Shown piece by piece: positions 19,401-27,276 of a stretch of 64,000 nt of DNA (positions within the stretch are counted from its first letter, which is position 1; each line of letters starts with the position of its first letter). The notes under the pieces are model-generated. The model saw only the letters and a program-made list of their open reading frames with translations. It was not told where the DNA came from and searched no databases. The stretch comes from an uncultured virus (IMG/VR IMGVR_UViG_3300030098_002040) (Duplodnaviria; Heunggongvirae; Uroviricota; Caudoviricetes): positions 1 through 64,000 of IMG/VR virus record IMGVR_UViG_3300030098_002040. One strand, written 5' to 3'. A program made the translations under genes and the position numbers.

Positions 19401-22400
19401 TTCTAATATACCTTTAAAATCAAATAACTCGTTTAGTTTTTGTAAAGACTCCAATGATTCTGGGTTCATATCTATATGCGATTCAATATTTTGTAGTGCT
19501 GACTCTAATACATACTTGCCAACATTTAAATAAACATCATCTTGAGTATACCCTAATTTATCATATACTAAATTATCTAGAAATTCTTGTATTTCTTTAT
19601 TTGATCTTTCGCCTGAGATTAACATAGATACAGTAATATGTTGACCAGAAAAACTATGATCCCTAACTCTTTGATATGAAAATATATTATCTATTCCTAT
19701 TGTTTGTGCTTTTTCTTGTCCTAATTCTAAAGACCTTTTAGCAAAACCTTCATAGTTTTTATTCATAAATTCCCAAGCAACGTGTTGAAAGAATCCAGCA
19801 AAAGTTAACATCCCAGATGCCATACCCGGCGTAGCTCCTTCTGCTATTCTTTTATTTAATCTACCTCCCACACTCTCTTCATCAAATGACTCATCTCTTT
19901 TTATAAATAAAGGCTGAGGATTATATTTTTCATCAGCTTTTGCTTTTTCATCTTTAGTTAATTCTGAAACAGATTTACCTAACTCTTCTGCATATTTTTC
20001 TCTAGCTTCTACTTGAGTTTGAAATCCAGTAATAATTCCATCAACATAAAATCTACCATCATGAATTAAATTTAACCCTATAACAGGGAAATCTAACATA
20101 ACTTCCATTACCATTTTTTGCCATTGTTCAAAATTAGTAATAGTTTCTCCCGGAGTTCTATTAGATATCTGAGGAAGAAAATCAAATCCTAATTTTATTT
20201 TACCTACAATTTCTCTACTAGGAATATAATATTCTCTGAAAGCTTCTTCTTTTTGTTTAGCCGTTAACTCTTTATCTTTATCTAGCTTTCTATCTTTTAT
20301 ATATTCTTCTATAGCTCCTTCTTTAGTAGTTTTTCTTTTTAATAAATCATTTATAAAATCAGTTACCTCATCAGGTGTCATTGCTTCAATTGTTTTTAAA
20401 GAGTGTTTCATTCTATGAGTAACTAAGGCTTCTTCATAGTTTCGTCTTAGATTTTTTGTAGAGAAAGGCATATCATGTCTAACACTTTTAGGTTGTAGTT
20501 TAGAACTAATATTCGGCTGTCCTCTGTCTACAAGATCTTGAGGGCTATCAGGATCAGTTTGATTTTCAATATTTGTACTGATATTTCTTCTATAAGTTGA
20601 TACTTCATTTCTTCTAAAGATTGCATCAGACAATGCTCTGCCAGCCTCTTCGGCGGGCATCCAATCTAAAGTACCATCCCCCATATCTGTTTCATTTTTA
20701 ATTCCATAATAAAGTTTTGTAGTTTCTAATAATATATCAATAACTCTATCAAGACTTTGTGTTGTTTCATTACTATCAATGATTTCTATATACAACTCTT
20801 TAATTCTAGAGTCAATAGTTTTAGGACGAGTAGTAACATAGTCTTCGTATATATTAACAAAAGTTTCTAATAATCTTTGTTTATTAATTCCTCTTGCTTG
20901 CTCTATAAAATTATCTTTAAATATTTCTGTATATTCTTTTTCTGTGACTGATCTATTAGCGTCAACATCTGTATCTCTATTAAATCCTGCTCGCAATCTA
21001 TTCTCTTTAGGTATTGTTTTAACATAATCTAATAGACCTTGATGTAATTCTTCAGCAAATTTTAATTGTCTTCTATAGTTAGTGGTGCTTTTATCTAAAG
21101 ATTCTACTCTACCTTTAGCATCAACTACTGCTCTTTCAAGTTTGCTTTCTACTCTAGCAGAATAATTATCTCCTAGTTTTTTAGATATTGATAATAAAAC
21201 AGTAGTAAGTTCTTCAACATCAACAATAACATCCATATAATCGCCCTCATGGATTGTGTTATTATCTGTTTTTTCTCTTCTATATAATTTATCTGGTGCT
21301 AATCGTCCATCTTTACTTGCTTCAATAGCTCCTGCTTGTTCAAGAATTACCGGTCTAATTCCTTCTAATGCCTTTGATCCTTCTGGTCCTAGCTCTGAAC
21401 CCATATGAAATATAGGGTGATTAAAATTTATATTTCCTAATCCTGCTTGGTGTAACATAGCAATAACTAAACCAAGATGAGAATATTGTCCGTTTTGATT
21501 TTTTAAGGTTTGTAATAGACGAGCAGCATCTAAGAATCTTTCTGCATATTCTCCAATAGTATCTTCAGTAATAACAAAAGGAATACTATCTTGTGGCGGT
21601 ACTGGGCGTGAAGTCTCTGCTTCTGTTACTGATCTTTTTAATAAAGGCTGATCATTTGCAGTAAACTCACCAATGCTTACATAGTCGTGGACAAGCTCAT
21701 TAAAAGCATTCATAGCTTCGACATCAATTCCAGATAATCTAGCTATCATCATATTTATTCCTCTATGTCTATTAGAGGTTTCGTTTCTCCACATTGCAAA
21801 ATCTGTTATCATATCTCTAGCAGTATTCATATCAACAGTATCTTCCATTTTTAAATCAGGATACTTTTCTTTTAAAAAACTGTCAATATAATTAAAACTT
21901 ATATAGCTATCTTTAACATATGTTTTCCAAGTATATAAGTCTATAGTTTTTAATTTCTTTTTTCTAGCATCATCATTTATTTGGACTTTGCTTTGTTGTG
22001 CTGATCGTACAACATATCTATGATATGCAAATTGTTGAAGACCAGATGAGAAAAGATCTTCTTTTGGAATAAGCCTAGAAGCTGCTACTTCTTTATTTAA
22101 AGACAATCTATTTATATTTTTTCTTAGTTCACTAATTTCTTTGAACGGTCCTAATTTTTCTAATTCTTTCTCTTTCTTTTGGATTTGATTTAAAAGTTTA
22201 TTAAATTCTTTTCTTGTTTTAAAATATTGTTCTAAATTTTCTTTTAATTCTTTTTTATTTTTTATTAATTCTTTCTTTTTATCTTCTAATATTTTTTTAC
22301 TTTGATTACTTGGACTATCTATAGCTTTAATAAAATCTTCTATAACTTGAGATAATTTACTATTTTTTATTTCAGTATTAAATTCTTTACTTTCAATTGA

Positions 22401-25400
22401 TTTATTTTTTACTTTGTCTACAAATTCTTTAGTAAGCCCTAGCTTAGCTATCATTTGTTCTTCTGTTTCATTATTTCTTCTATTGTTTAAAAAATCTAAT
22501 AAAACTCTACGCCTTGTCTCTATATCTTCTTTTATATTTAATACAATCCTTTTAACATCAAAAAGTAGTTTTTTATCTTCTTCGATATTTTTAAGATTAG
22601 TATCAACCTCAGCTATATCCTCGTCTATAAATTCATTAACTTTATTAGAAAGTTTCTTTTTATTTTTTATAGTTGTTAAGTCTACTAGTCTATCTTCTGT
22701 TCTAATTCCTAAAGATTTAAATAAAGTTTCTAGTTGTTCATTTAAAGCCTCTAGTTCTTTTATAGATGTATCAAATTCTTTAACCTCTTTTGTTTCTTTG
22801 TTTTTAGTAGACATCTCTGATAATTGTAATTTTAATTGTGATATTTCATTTGATATTCTAGTTATTTCAGCAAGAGTATCTTTAAGTTCTACAGGCAAAT
22901 CTGCTTCAAGTTCTTCTAATTTTCTATCTGATTCTCTACTTTCTTCTATTGTTTCAGTAATTTCTACTGGTTCTGTAGGTGTAGGATCAACTATCGATTT
23001 CATAGACTTATCGGCTTTTTCAGCAGATAATACTTCTGCGTCTAATCTATCTATAGTTTTTCGGACTGAAGGATTACTTAAAAGATCTTTATGTTTACTT
23101 CGTAGTACTGTACTAAATGGATTTATAAAATCTTTACCTGAAGCCTTTAATATAATAACGGCTGCAATTTCCTGTACTATCGAAGATTCCATCACAAAAT
23201 CTGGATGATCTTCGTTTAAGTAACTAAAAAACCGGTTTAGAGTCATTTCGCCATTAAATACTTTGTAAAGCCTAGTTATAATTGCTGCTTGTTTTAACGG
23301 ATCTTTAGTATAAAATACTAAATTAGTAAAAAATTGTGAAGCTTCTATATTACCTCGGTCACTAGTTTCTTTTATTCTCTTTAATGCCCTGTTAACAGCA
23401 GCATTCTTTTTATCTTCATAAGTTTCTGTAGGTGTAGGATCTACATCAGTTTCAGGCTCTGGTGTTTCTGTTGGCTCTGTAGGCTCTACCTTTTCTTTAG
23501 ATTTTTCATCTCGTATTTTTCTACCTTCTTCTAGGGTAACAGCTTTAGTATCAAAGCCATCTGGATTAGCTACTACCTTATTACCTACTGCGTCTATATA
23601 AATAACAGGTCTTCCAATACTTTTAGAAAGCAGCGATGCATTGGTTTCTCGCTCCTTGTTTAATTTATCTATATCCCCTAGCTCACGACTAGTGTCTTCT
23701 TCAAATTTTTCTTTCATTCGTGTTAAATAATTATTTATTTCTTCAGGAGTCAAATGAACTATGTCATTTAAATTCTTACCATCTTCAGATAATACATTTA
23801 AAAATAAAGTTCGTTCTTCTTCCCCAAGAGTTTGAATCCATACATCTGGATCAAAAGTATCTGGGTTCTCAGCATAATCAATTTTTTCTATTAGCTCATC
23901 AACAGTTAAATCATTTTCTTGTGCAATAAAAATTAAATTAAACCCATGAAATTTATTTATATAATTATTTTTAATTTTTAGTTTTGCAGGAGCTGATATA
24001 GTAGATCCATCTAATGCAGCATCTAATATTTTAATAGCCTTAATACCTGCGTGTTTAACATCAAAAGTACTATCGCCAGAGTCTTCTACTAATTTAGTCA
24101 TGATCTTATCCATCATTTCAAAGGTAAAATCTGTAGGGTTATCTTGTTTTGTTTCTTGAGCATACTCATATACAGTATCGTATAATACATCTAAGAAATT
24201 AGTTTTTCTATTTCTTCTTCTTGGATCATCTGGAAATAAATATTTAAGGGTATCTTTAGTAGCAGTTATTTTTTTAGGAACACGATTGCCAAAAACAATA
24301 TCGTATTTTTTACTAAGAACTCCTAACTTATCCGCTTTATCTATAGCTGTAGATATTTCTGTTAAAGTTCTTCTTCTTCCTGATCCCATCAAAGACAATC
24401 TGTTTCTAAGATTAGCGGTGTATGCATCTAGCCTACCGCCTGTAACATAGCTTCCTAGTTGTCCTGTTTTACCGACTGCAAATCTACCAACCCCTTCAGC
24501 AGTTCCAAAAACAGTTCTCATTGCTGGATTTAATCCTATAGATATTAAACCTTCTAGTCCAGCAGCGTATGCTATATTATCTTCATTTAATTCTTGTCCC
24601 ATTTCCGATTGATGAAGAGCTTCTACTAGACCACCTTCAATTAAACCTTCTGTAAAATCAAGGGGTACTAATTTCATTTTATTTTGAGCTAAGTATCCTA
24701 TTCGTCTATTTTTACCAAACATCATTCCAAATTGTTCTCCAACAGAGTGATGTTTTACAATCCCCATTTTATTAGCAATTATCATAGGTATTCTACTAGG
24801 TAATAGCCAATCACCAATTGATCTTGCTATCCTCATCTTTGCTTCTAGTTGCAAAGACAAAGCATTAGCTGTACTTAATTTTCCAGCTTTTCTTAAATCT
24901 TTTATTTTCTTAGTAACCTTCATGCTTCTGTCAATTGCAGTTGCAGCTTTATCTCCATACCTTCCAAGAAACCTTAATCCACCTACCAATGCACCCCCAG
25001 CAAGCCCAGCAAGATGTCCTACTCCCGGTAAAATAGTACCTGCTGCTATTGCTCCTGCCGCTGAAGTAGCTCCCCATAAAGCAATCTCAGCTTTCATATC
25101 AGGATCTTTTATAATAGATTCTCTTACAAATGCATAAGAAGAAGGTAAAATATAATCAGTAAAGTTTTTATCCTCTACCATATAATACATTGTTGATTTT
25201 AATACCGCATCTTCATTTAAAGTTTTATTTACTCTATACCAAAAATCATGAGTATTTTTAGAATTAATTAAATAACTATCAGTATTTCCTGTATAATTAT
25301 AAGCAGTATACAAAGCTGGTATAAGTTCTTTAAATTCTTCTAACATTTTTTCAGCGTTATAGCCTTCTTGTTCTTGTTCGGTTAACGCTAGTATGCCTTC

Positions 25401-26012
25401 TGCTCCAGTAACAACATAACCAACATCATCAAATTTAAATAATGTTGGTTGTAAAAGTTCAGTATGATCTATGTTACCTTCTCTTTCCATTTCTGCTAAA
25501 GCTGCTTGCTCTAGCTCAGTAGTTAATTTATCATAAGGAAGTAAAAATTCTCCAGCTTTAAATCTTCCTCCTGTCATAAATTGCTGTGCCTGAGCTTCAA
25601 AGAATGCACTTCTTTGAGAATATCCTACAGATTGATAAGGCTGGGCTAATCTAGTATTTCGATCCATAATGCCAAATTTGTAACTACCATCAGGTTGAAT
25701 AAATACACTTAGGTATTGAGAATTTAAAAAGTCCTCTTCAATAGCATCCATTCCAAGTTCATTATTTTCATATGTGTTAGCTAAAGTATTATATTGTTTT
25801 GATCTACGGTCATATCCAGCTTCAGGACTTAGTTGCCCATAGAATGCATCATATTCAAAAGAAGAAATATCGCCAGTTTGTTTTCTAAACCACATAGAGT
25901 TATGAAGTTGATCTATCGCATCGCTTTCAGTATATGCTCCAGTTGCTTCAAATCTTTTTCTTTGGTATATATCATCGTATATATTCCGCATAAATGGGGT
26001 AGGTTCTGGCAT
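10413..26012 (-). CDS. Giant polyvalent internal virion protein (5199 aa) with N4-vRNAP-like, DEDDy exonuclease and zincin-like domains
   Basis: RNAP-like motifs HDGRFY, RDHSFSG and REFMKKPTMVQLY; Exo I/II/III motifs AIDIET, FNGNHFD and YTEED; HETIGH; long coiled coils; AAGGAG RBS. Confidence 0.8.
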   Translation of the reverse strand: MPEPTPFMRNIYDDIYQRKRFEATGAYTESDAIDQLHNSMWFRKQTGDISSFEYDAFYGQLSPEAGYDRRSKQYNTLANTYENNELGMDAIEEDFLNSQYLSVFIQPDGSYKFGIMDRNTRLAQPYQSVGYSQRSAFFEAQAQQFMTGGRFKAGEFLLPYDKLTTELEQAALAEMEREGNIDHTELLQPTLFKFDDVGYVVTGAEGILALTEQEQEGYNAEKMLEEFKELIPALYTAYNYTGNTDSYLINSKNTHDFWYRVNKTLNEDAVLKSTMYYMVEDKNFTDYILPSSYAFVRESIIKDPDMKAEIALWGATSAAGAIAAGTILPGVGHLAGLAGGALVGGLRFLGRYGDKAATAIDRSMKVTKKIKDLRKAGKLSTANALSLQLEAKMRIARSIGDWLLPSRIPMIIANKMGIVKHHSVGEQFGMMFGKNRRIGYLAQNKMKLVPLDFTEGLIEGGLVEALHQSEMGQELNEDNIAYAAGLEGLISIGLNPAMRTVFGTAEGVGRFAVGKTGQLGSYVTGGRLDAYTANLRNRLSLMGSGRRRTLTEISTAIDKADKLGVLSKKYDIVFGNRVPKKITATKDTLKYLFPDDPRRRNRKTNFLDVLYDTVYEYAQETKQDNPTDFTFEMMDKIMTKLVEDSGDSTFDVKHAGIKAIKILDAALDGSTISAPAKLKIKNNYINKFHGFNLIFIAQENDLTVDELIEKIDYAENPDTFDPDVWIQTLGEEERTLFLNVLSEDGKNLNDIVHLTPEEINNYLTRMKEKFEEDTSRELGDIDKLNKERETNASLLSKSIGRPVIYIDAVGNKVVANPDGFDTKAVTLEEGRKIRDEKSKEKVEPTEPTETPEPETDVDPTPTETYEDKKNAAVNRALKRIKETSDRGNIEASQFFTNLVFYTKDPLKQAAIITRLYKVFNGEMTLNRFFSYLNEDHPDFVMESSIVQEIAAVIILKASGKDFINPFSTVLRSKHKDLLSNPSVRKTIDRLDAEVLSAEKADKSMKSIVDPTPTEPVEITETIEESRESDRKLEELEADLPVELKDTLAEITRISNEISQLKLQLSEMSTKNKETKEVKEFDTSIKELEALNEQLETLFKSLGIRTEDRLVDLTTIKNKKKLSNKVNEFIDEDIAEVDTNLKNIEEDKKLLFDVKRIVLNIKEDIETRRRVLLDFLNNRRNNETEEQMIAKLGLTKEFVDKVKNKSIESKEFNTEIKNSKLSQVIEDFIKAIDSPSNQSKKILEDKKKELIKNKKELKENLEQYFKTRKEFNKLLNQIQKKEKELEKLGPFKEISELRKNINRLSLNKEVAASRLIPKEDLFSSGLQQFAYHRYVVRSAQQSKVQINDDARKKKLKTIDLYTWKTYVKDSYISFNYIDSFLKEKYPDLKMEDTVDMNTARDMITDFAMWRNETSNRHRGINMMIARLSGIDVEAMNAFNELVHDYVSIGEFTANDQPLLKRSVTEAETSRPVPPQDSIPFVITEDTIGEYAERFLDAARLLQTLKNQNGQYSHLGLVIAMLHQAGLGNINFNHPIFHMGSELGPEGSKALEGIRPVILEQAGAIEASKDGRLAPDKLYRREKTDNNTIHEGDYMDVIVDVEELTTVLLSISKKLGDNYSARVESKLERAVVDAKGRVESLDKSTTNYRRQLKFAEELHQGLLDYVKTIPKENRLRAGFNRDTDVDANRSVTEKEYTEIFKDNFIEQARGINKQRLLETFVNIYEDYVTTRPKTIDSRIKELYIEIIDSNETTQSLDRVIDILLETTKLYYGIKNETDMGDGTLDWMPAEEAGRALSDAIFRRNEVSTYRRNISTNIENQTDPDSPQDLVDRGQPNISSKLQPKSVRHDMPFSTKNLRRNYEEALVTHRMKHSLKTIEAMTPDEVTDFINDLLKRKTTKEGAIEEYIKDRKLDKDKELTAKQKEEAFREYYIPSREIVGKIKLGFDFLPQISNRTPGETITNFEQWQKMVMEVMLDFPVIGLNLIHDGRFYVDGIITGFQTQVEAREKYAEELGKSVSELTKDEKAKADEKYNPQPLFIKRDESFDEESVGGRLNKRIAEGATPGMASGMLTFAGFFQHVAWEFMNKNYEGFAKRSLELGQEKAQTIGIDNIFSYQRVRDHSFSGQHITVSMLISGERSNKEIQEFLDNLVYDKLGYTQDDVYLNVGKYVLESALQNIESHIDMNPESLESLQKLNELFDFKGILEDLKNNDQTTDRVKLFREFMKKPTMVQLYWAGLEGTANALVKDWQQNADWAKQAEANGITLKDIKVWATFLNKGGAALRATMINEVQGATNTILEGLGMTATERVELINILENYAKQEELVKADWLAVYGDDMKEAGKKRRDLIQAHENYVEEMSDYLSQGRPEEKARLKEIIRKDTQERINNVKEYLKSQRHPSVDRPLTETDLDNPEIFNKHYSEIYRLLTGFNEAWKEMPLLRVLNEKNAQPIRIEYDEMTKKIMEASGLDPAHVEENWLMGGLLLQYHVFQEFGIDTAAGRLQLPFAGARSPYTSPFGSYRSEEKPYGIWQTLGNRFPEGVGNKRDYVNKLIAIDLALRVSTQLEPAMLAIPEYTMADYFAQWQAESDHTVQARARSNNFWNNPSELSNEIGRDQFTKNEFGGRFDENNKPLWSRRTVKDQVEITTKVPAGISSFRPTMGSPGNLMQDKGSLFLRKKFFENKVKEQDKRIDNFNKLADNKLDDNLNLFVSGLLTGSHPFDTNTLPVASPPATEPISNVFSDESNEQKVYKAMRNFKESVLPWAMERGYFTEIKNKQWARLWILWDHDRIMSDTLRQTRGIVKGLRTTSEADYTARSREIRMTWYDKLFTQRSIAHEVKTTTYDPRELDVFLPELGDAIDTDAMSYLQLAKVISQRSEKGDPRVFTAAPRHLVALDEDTAFKKKEVVATVEGPVAVHHLETGVAMMEHFLISKTNEYIQAKKKEDSEIGAYLRELESKLPEGQLLAWWDLERMYNDPDPVIRNMASDIFFKAIEEASIQHHRNFTIYLDPDSETRGRMVLDPTHEGKIKRMWGSIYPLLHGKVIGAPTYHLTREGLQEMLINTKSTLLRQIEDRSITQKPYLGTERSLHESLEAGFQTDLRKKNEILLKAFEIMEDSELDSYTLTDDRRSSSFDPNERHKTIDIDKLGGLKGMDFDTAYAKSYYSAIDIMKTSATKSGNTRLSRVLDEITSNPNDTNRVLSLALKVQDSHGLNFQDAKIFAASVLNIDYKTFTEIEPNVNKLNEQINKLNFNPLNKMTKHLEKHISDSNNIGVLQRTNVDNFKSILKELGLKGVDNIPELLDYDGWLKNNKILAIDIETDWVIDGKITKVYSIAEHYSDRKENKMSDGKNLKAFLKRVEAAQKEGYKVVTFNGNHFDWVQLGNLTGEYDLALRIAMRSFDLRTIFKNMKANKSDKGKLNDYAKNILKKEKTEVGGWVVHLLTTRLKGEIDINNSEHVPTYMKDNEDVKNTVEELNKITSKEEINKRIKEYTEEDGAITVELFKKVLEDLNGTEYDIEGDLLTVDSNMFPTWALHILNKDLTASELRGLIVKSRTRKAGKFYKELNTEIDFQESALNEAQILFRSARQWLDRNSASEVRSKLIGEEVNELENLVGFETALEQIVGVKDPSPSQLIAAKLALSAAIQEGLDSHGIYNPLDLSRGLDDDVDLWSLKDFKQFNKTFKSNDTALELNKTIESSNLNNEQKEMLRITFAHLARMNPEFFNDIDLEIATQPLYKIGTKDRVSGVFGVKKDKFSIIVDPTNVDNNTELVEIILHETIGHMGVERFIRKDEAHWISVVEWIKSYEGQVSIRDFVTSLPKYSKYSGEQLQSLVAFYQNNPEEWAALYVSHRVMLDVTHDKSIIVPDKHVESMVGKIVRSVRRYLQTITDALFRFKTRTPKAYEMMEKIVENSYGFNQRAGIHRAISSRTPSEVSTGHPNAENMYNFLNPKSLTLGDQSPSLFQFRDSSPLTKEQIDNITKTETTGTSFETLIDDLENIERELRDIENDMNNAKDLKEKDKKRAELVNKLKEKEHIEKQISEIDYKNMFGQDRRTVLNNRKIINNSKREITHSRHGKIKDDLLIPRNYITSLLNNNEQGDLDILKTFLADSFEKMGEHRGEYVLEGTEQYLAYFPSIYLTLNKLATNGIFSFNTTQSDRTYLNNAIPIVLFSRMIASGLENTTGNLQNPEGIQSFEHNYNELMILEQEAADYDKGFTEEGKLDTDRFERIKEGAIRFIVNEKDISETDPDYNLIKQYAKKYKEFLQQMTDIMFDAGVLSEPEFTDPNRNIILTLKRKIKNMENNKVLDEVLSKRDALKDMIKSELELKSANKGVVDPIGLYMSNILPDLSNVTDGIVDSKFLKSWDLTPDNVKKYIDQRILNSEDERADTLKQQIKTDTESKRDYIAREGLEINLLRHQMVEGMYEEASSGTKTLKQIIPTADDVIVNTYNRRIKESHTNLVSKFQALSGSYLAKVIGDNNLVRPNHKQYLINSNDVLNLIDYKLYLLMNRIGSTSFLPQKIVGIPSSYDLLTNPNTKGLFNNSISDIVNGMVRGPVWNASTVSTLKQFTDSTINADLFLTIFENVIENNTDLSGLNIIDNSVKSLFGGIQRPVRSRLLEDIQILRRKLQITGGVATRAVNNVNPAVDTINDFTSTLLGPNLTVATPVVEGIVNTTSLMFGGPRGFSNFFTTLIDSITLGASHATKNGRIKQKELASGMAYYAKYLKHNRYEMDRSLLFDDEAPDHELSSTRRFLRKSRILSNSVNGAINTDLRMVSTLSYRKFLQEIIEDGRFKTLVEEINKNRDVLENRKQLKEIVSRTLGSSHGRVEAVYQMAQMGLLDIAILNDIDIILDKSSRVYGVYSFGKSLKSYISEQDRSGRSRLNDAMRRLKNWEDAVVHLNIINPTAMDLDTTDVPLFRLMRHYKSYPNVYASQRIFRDLPRYGPAAFLGRTIRFMLQEAVYMIIIMLAAGVSAETLRRRFSENPAKEISYILSRNPSMGFAGEAIVSAFKGFLEGNLAKGVGRPLAPVGFSLLSGQLESLKNITNPDGKDFGNYARLLTLAPHPVIGQAFANPFTRAILSHTLGKQKSVDQLRRNQQQGPRREGFNEDFVIDTGNNNNMFFTKEEKNLNNIIRELYPQAFLSHMIEQYNIPRGKPMQEPTQAPAPATETLQPERGRVDVAPSVDPLEEIQKPRTPDLPEELQ

Positions 26013-26032
26013 TTTGTTTTCTCCTTAAGAAA

Positions 26033-27085
26033 TCATTTACCAAGTATTGGTGTTGTATTAAAATCTTCTTGCCCCTCATAAGTAGGAGCATCTTCTCTTA
26101 TATTATAAAATGGACTCTTGCCCATCTTCATTCTTGCCTTAGCTCGTTTTTCAGCCCCCTCCATGAGAGCTTCATTGTCTCTAGGGTCTCCCCCTTTAAT
26201 TAAAAAATCTAATTGGTCTTTAGGCATACCAGTATATAAAGTAGGGATATCAACTTCCTTACCATCAAACTCCACGCCTACAGACATTTCTGTCATTATC
26301 TTTCCATCATCTCTAGTTATTTCTCCTAAGAATCCTCTTTCTTTAAATGTTTTTTGATCTCTTCTAAATCCGTATTTATTTATTGGATCAAAGTAACCAG
26401 AGTCCCACGCATCAGACACAAACTCATCTATGTGTCTCATAATACCTCGTGCCTTATTCTTAATAGCATCTCGGTATTCTCCTCTTCCATCAGTCATCTC
26501 ATATTCAAACTTACCAAAGTCTCTATTCATAAAAGCAGCTATAGCATTAGGACTTCCTTTTTTTGGATGCTTAGTCCAACACCCTCGTCTTGTTTGAAAG
26601 ACTAAATGCCGTCTTAAGGATAATGGAAGATTATCAAAACCTACTCCGGGAGTCATTCTCTTGCACGTTTTTACATATTCTTTTAAATCATTTTCGGCTA
26701 ATAAAGACGCTTCAGCTTCAGACAGACCTTCTTCACCCGCTACTAATCTTTTAGTTCTATCTTCACCAAATAATTCTTTCATTTTAATTCTATTACTAGG
26801 CGATAATAGAGTTCCATATCCTATAGTAGGAAGCTTGCCAGTATCTAAATATACAAAACTTCTAAATCCTTCTCGTTCTTTTATAAAAGGCATATACTCT
26901 TTTACTATAATTGGCATTTCTCCTAAGTTTTCTGGAGGATTTTTAAGAGTTATTTCTTGTCCAACTTGTATTTCATTGGGATTTGTTATATTATTTATTT
27001 TTATAATATCATCTACCGACATATTATTTTCTTTGCTAATTCTATAAAGAGTATCTCCTCTTCTTATTATATACTTATTAGACAT
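26033..27085 (-). CDS. LysM domain plus GH24 (T4-type) lysozyme, with an extra C-terminal domain
   Basis: YIIRRGDTLYRIS...NPNEIQVGQEI (LysM); EGFRSFVYLDTGKLPTIGYG (E-x8-D-x5-T). Start MSNKY after AGGAG. Confidence 0.9.
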   Translation of the reverse strand: MSNKYIIRRGDTLYRISKENNMSVDDIIKINNITNPNEIQVGQEITLKNPPENLGEMPIIVKEYMPFIKEREGFRSFVYLDTGKLPTIGYGTLLSPSNRIKMKELFGEDRTKRLVAGEEGLSEAEASLLAENDLKEYVKTCKRMTPGVGFDNLPLSLRRHLVFQTRRGCWTKHPKKGSPNAIAAFMNRDFGKFEYEMTDGRGEYRDAIKNKARGIMRHIDEFVSDAWDSGYFDPINKYGFRRDQKTFKERGFLGEITRDDGKIMTEMSVGVEFDGKEVDIPTLYTGMPKDQLDFLIKGGDPRDNEALMEGAEKRAKARMKMGKSPFYNIREDAPTYEGQEDFNTTPILGK

Positions 27086-27108
27086 TAACAATTCTCCTAT
27101 CATTACTA

Positions 27109-27135
27109 GGGTTATTACCCTTAACCCAATCATTT
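27109..27135 (-). promoter_or_regulatory. Candidate phage RNAP promoter, copy C (AAATGATTGGGTTAAGGGTAA)
   Basis: Intergenic, upstream of the lysozyme and giant-protein genes. Shares TTGGGTTAAGGGTA...ACCCTAGT with copy B. Confidence 0.55.
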
Positions 27136-27276
27136 ATTCCAATTCCTATGAAACCAGAAATAAGCACCAAGCATTAAAAAAGCTATGCCGGAACTATCAT
27201 TACCTGCTTGAAAAGCACAGGCTGCTTGAAAGCATAATATCCCCCCTGAAATCTTAAGCAGTAACATTCTTTTCAT
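27130..27276 (-). CDS. Small hydrophobic protein (48 aa, MKRMLLLKISGGILCFQAACAF...)
   Basis: Manual translation; TAATG coupling to the upstream gene. Confidence 0.45.
   Translation of the reverse strand: MKRMLLLKISGGILCFQAACAFQAGNDSSGIAFLMLGAYFWFHRNWNK

Noticed and set aside
22414..23208. 264-aa plus-strand ORF and other antisense ORFs
   Set aside because: Ser/Leu/Phe-rich shadows of Lys/Glu-rich minus-strand genes, with no RBS or recognisable motif.
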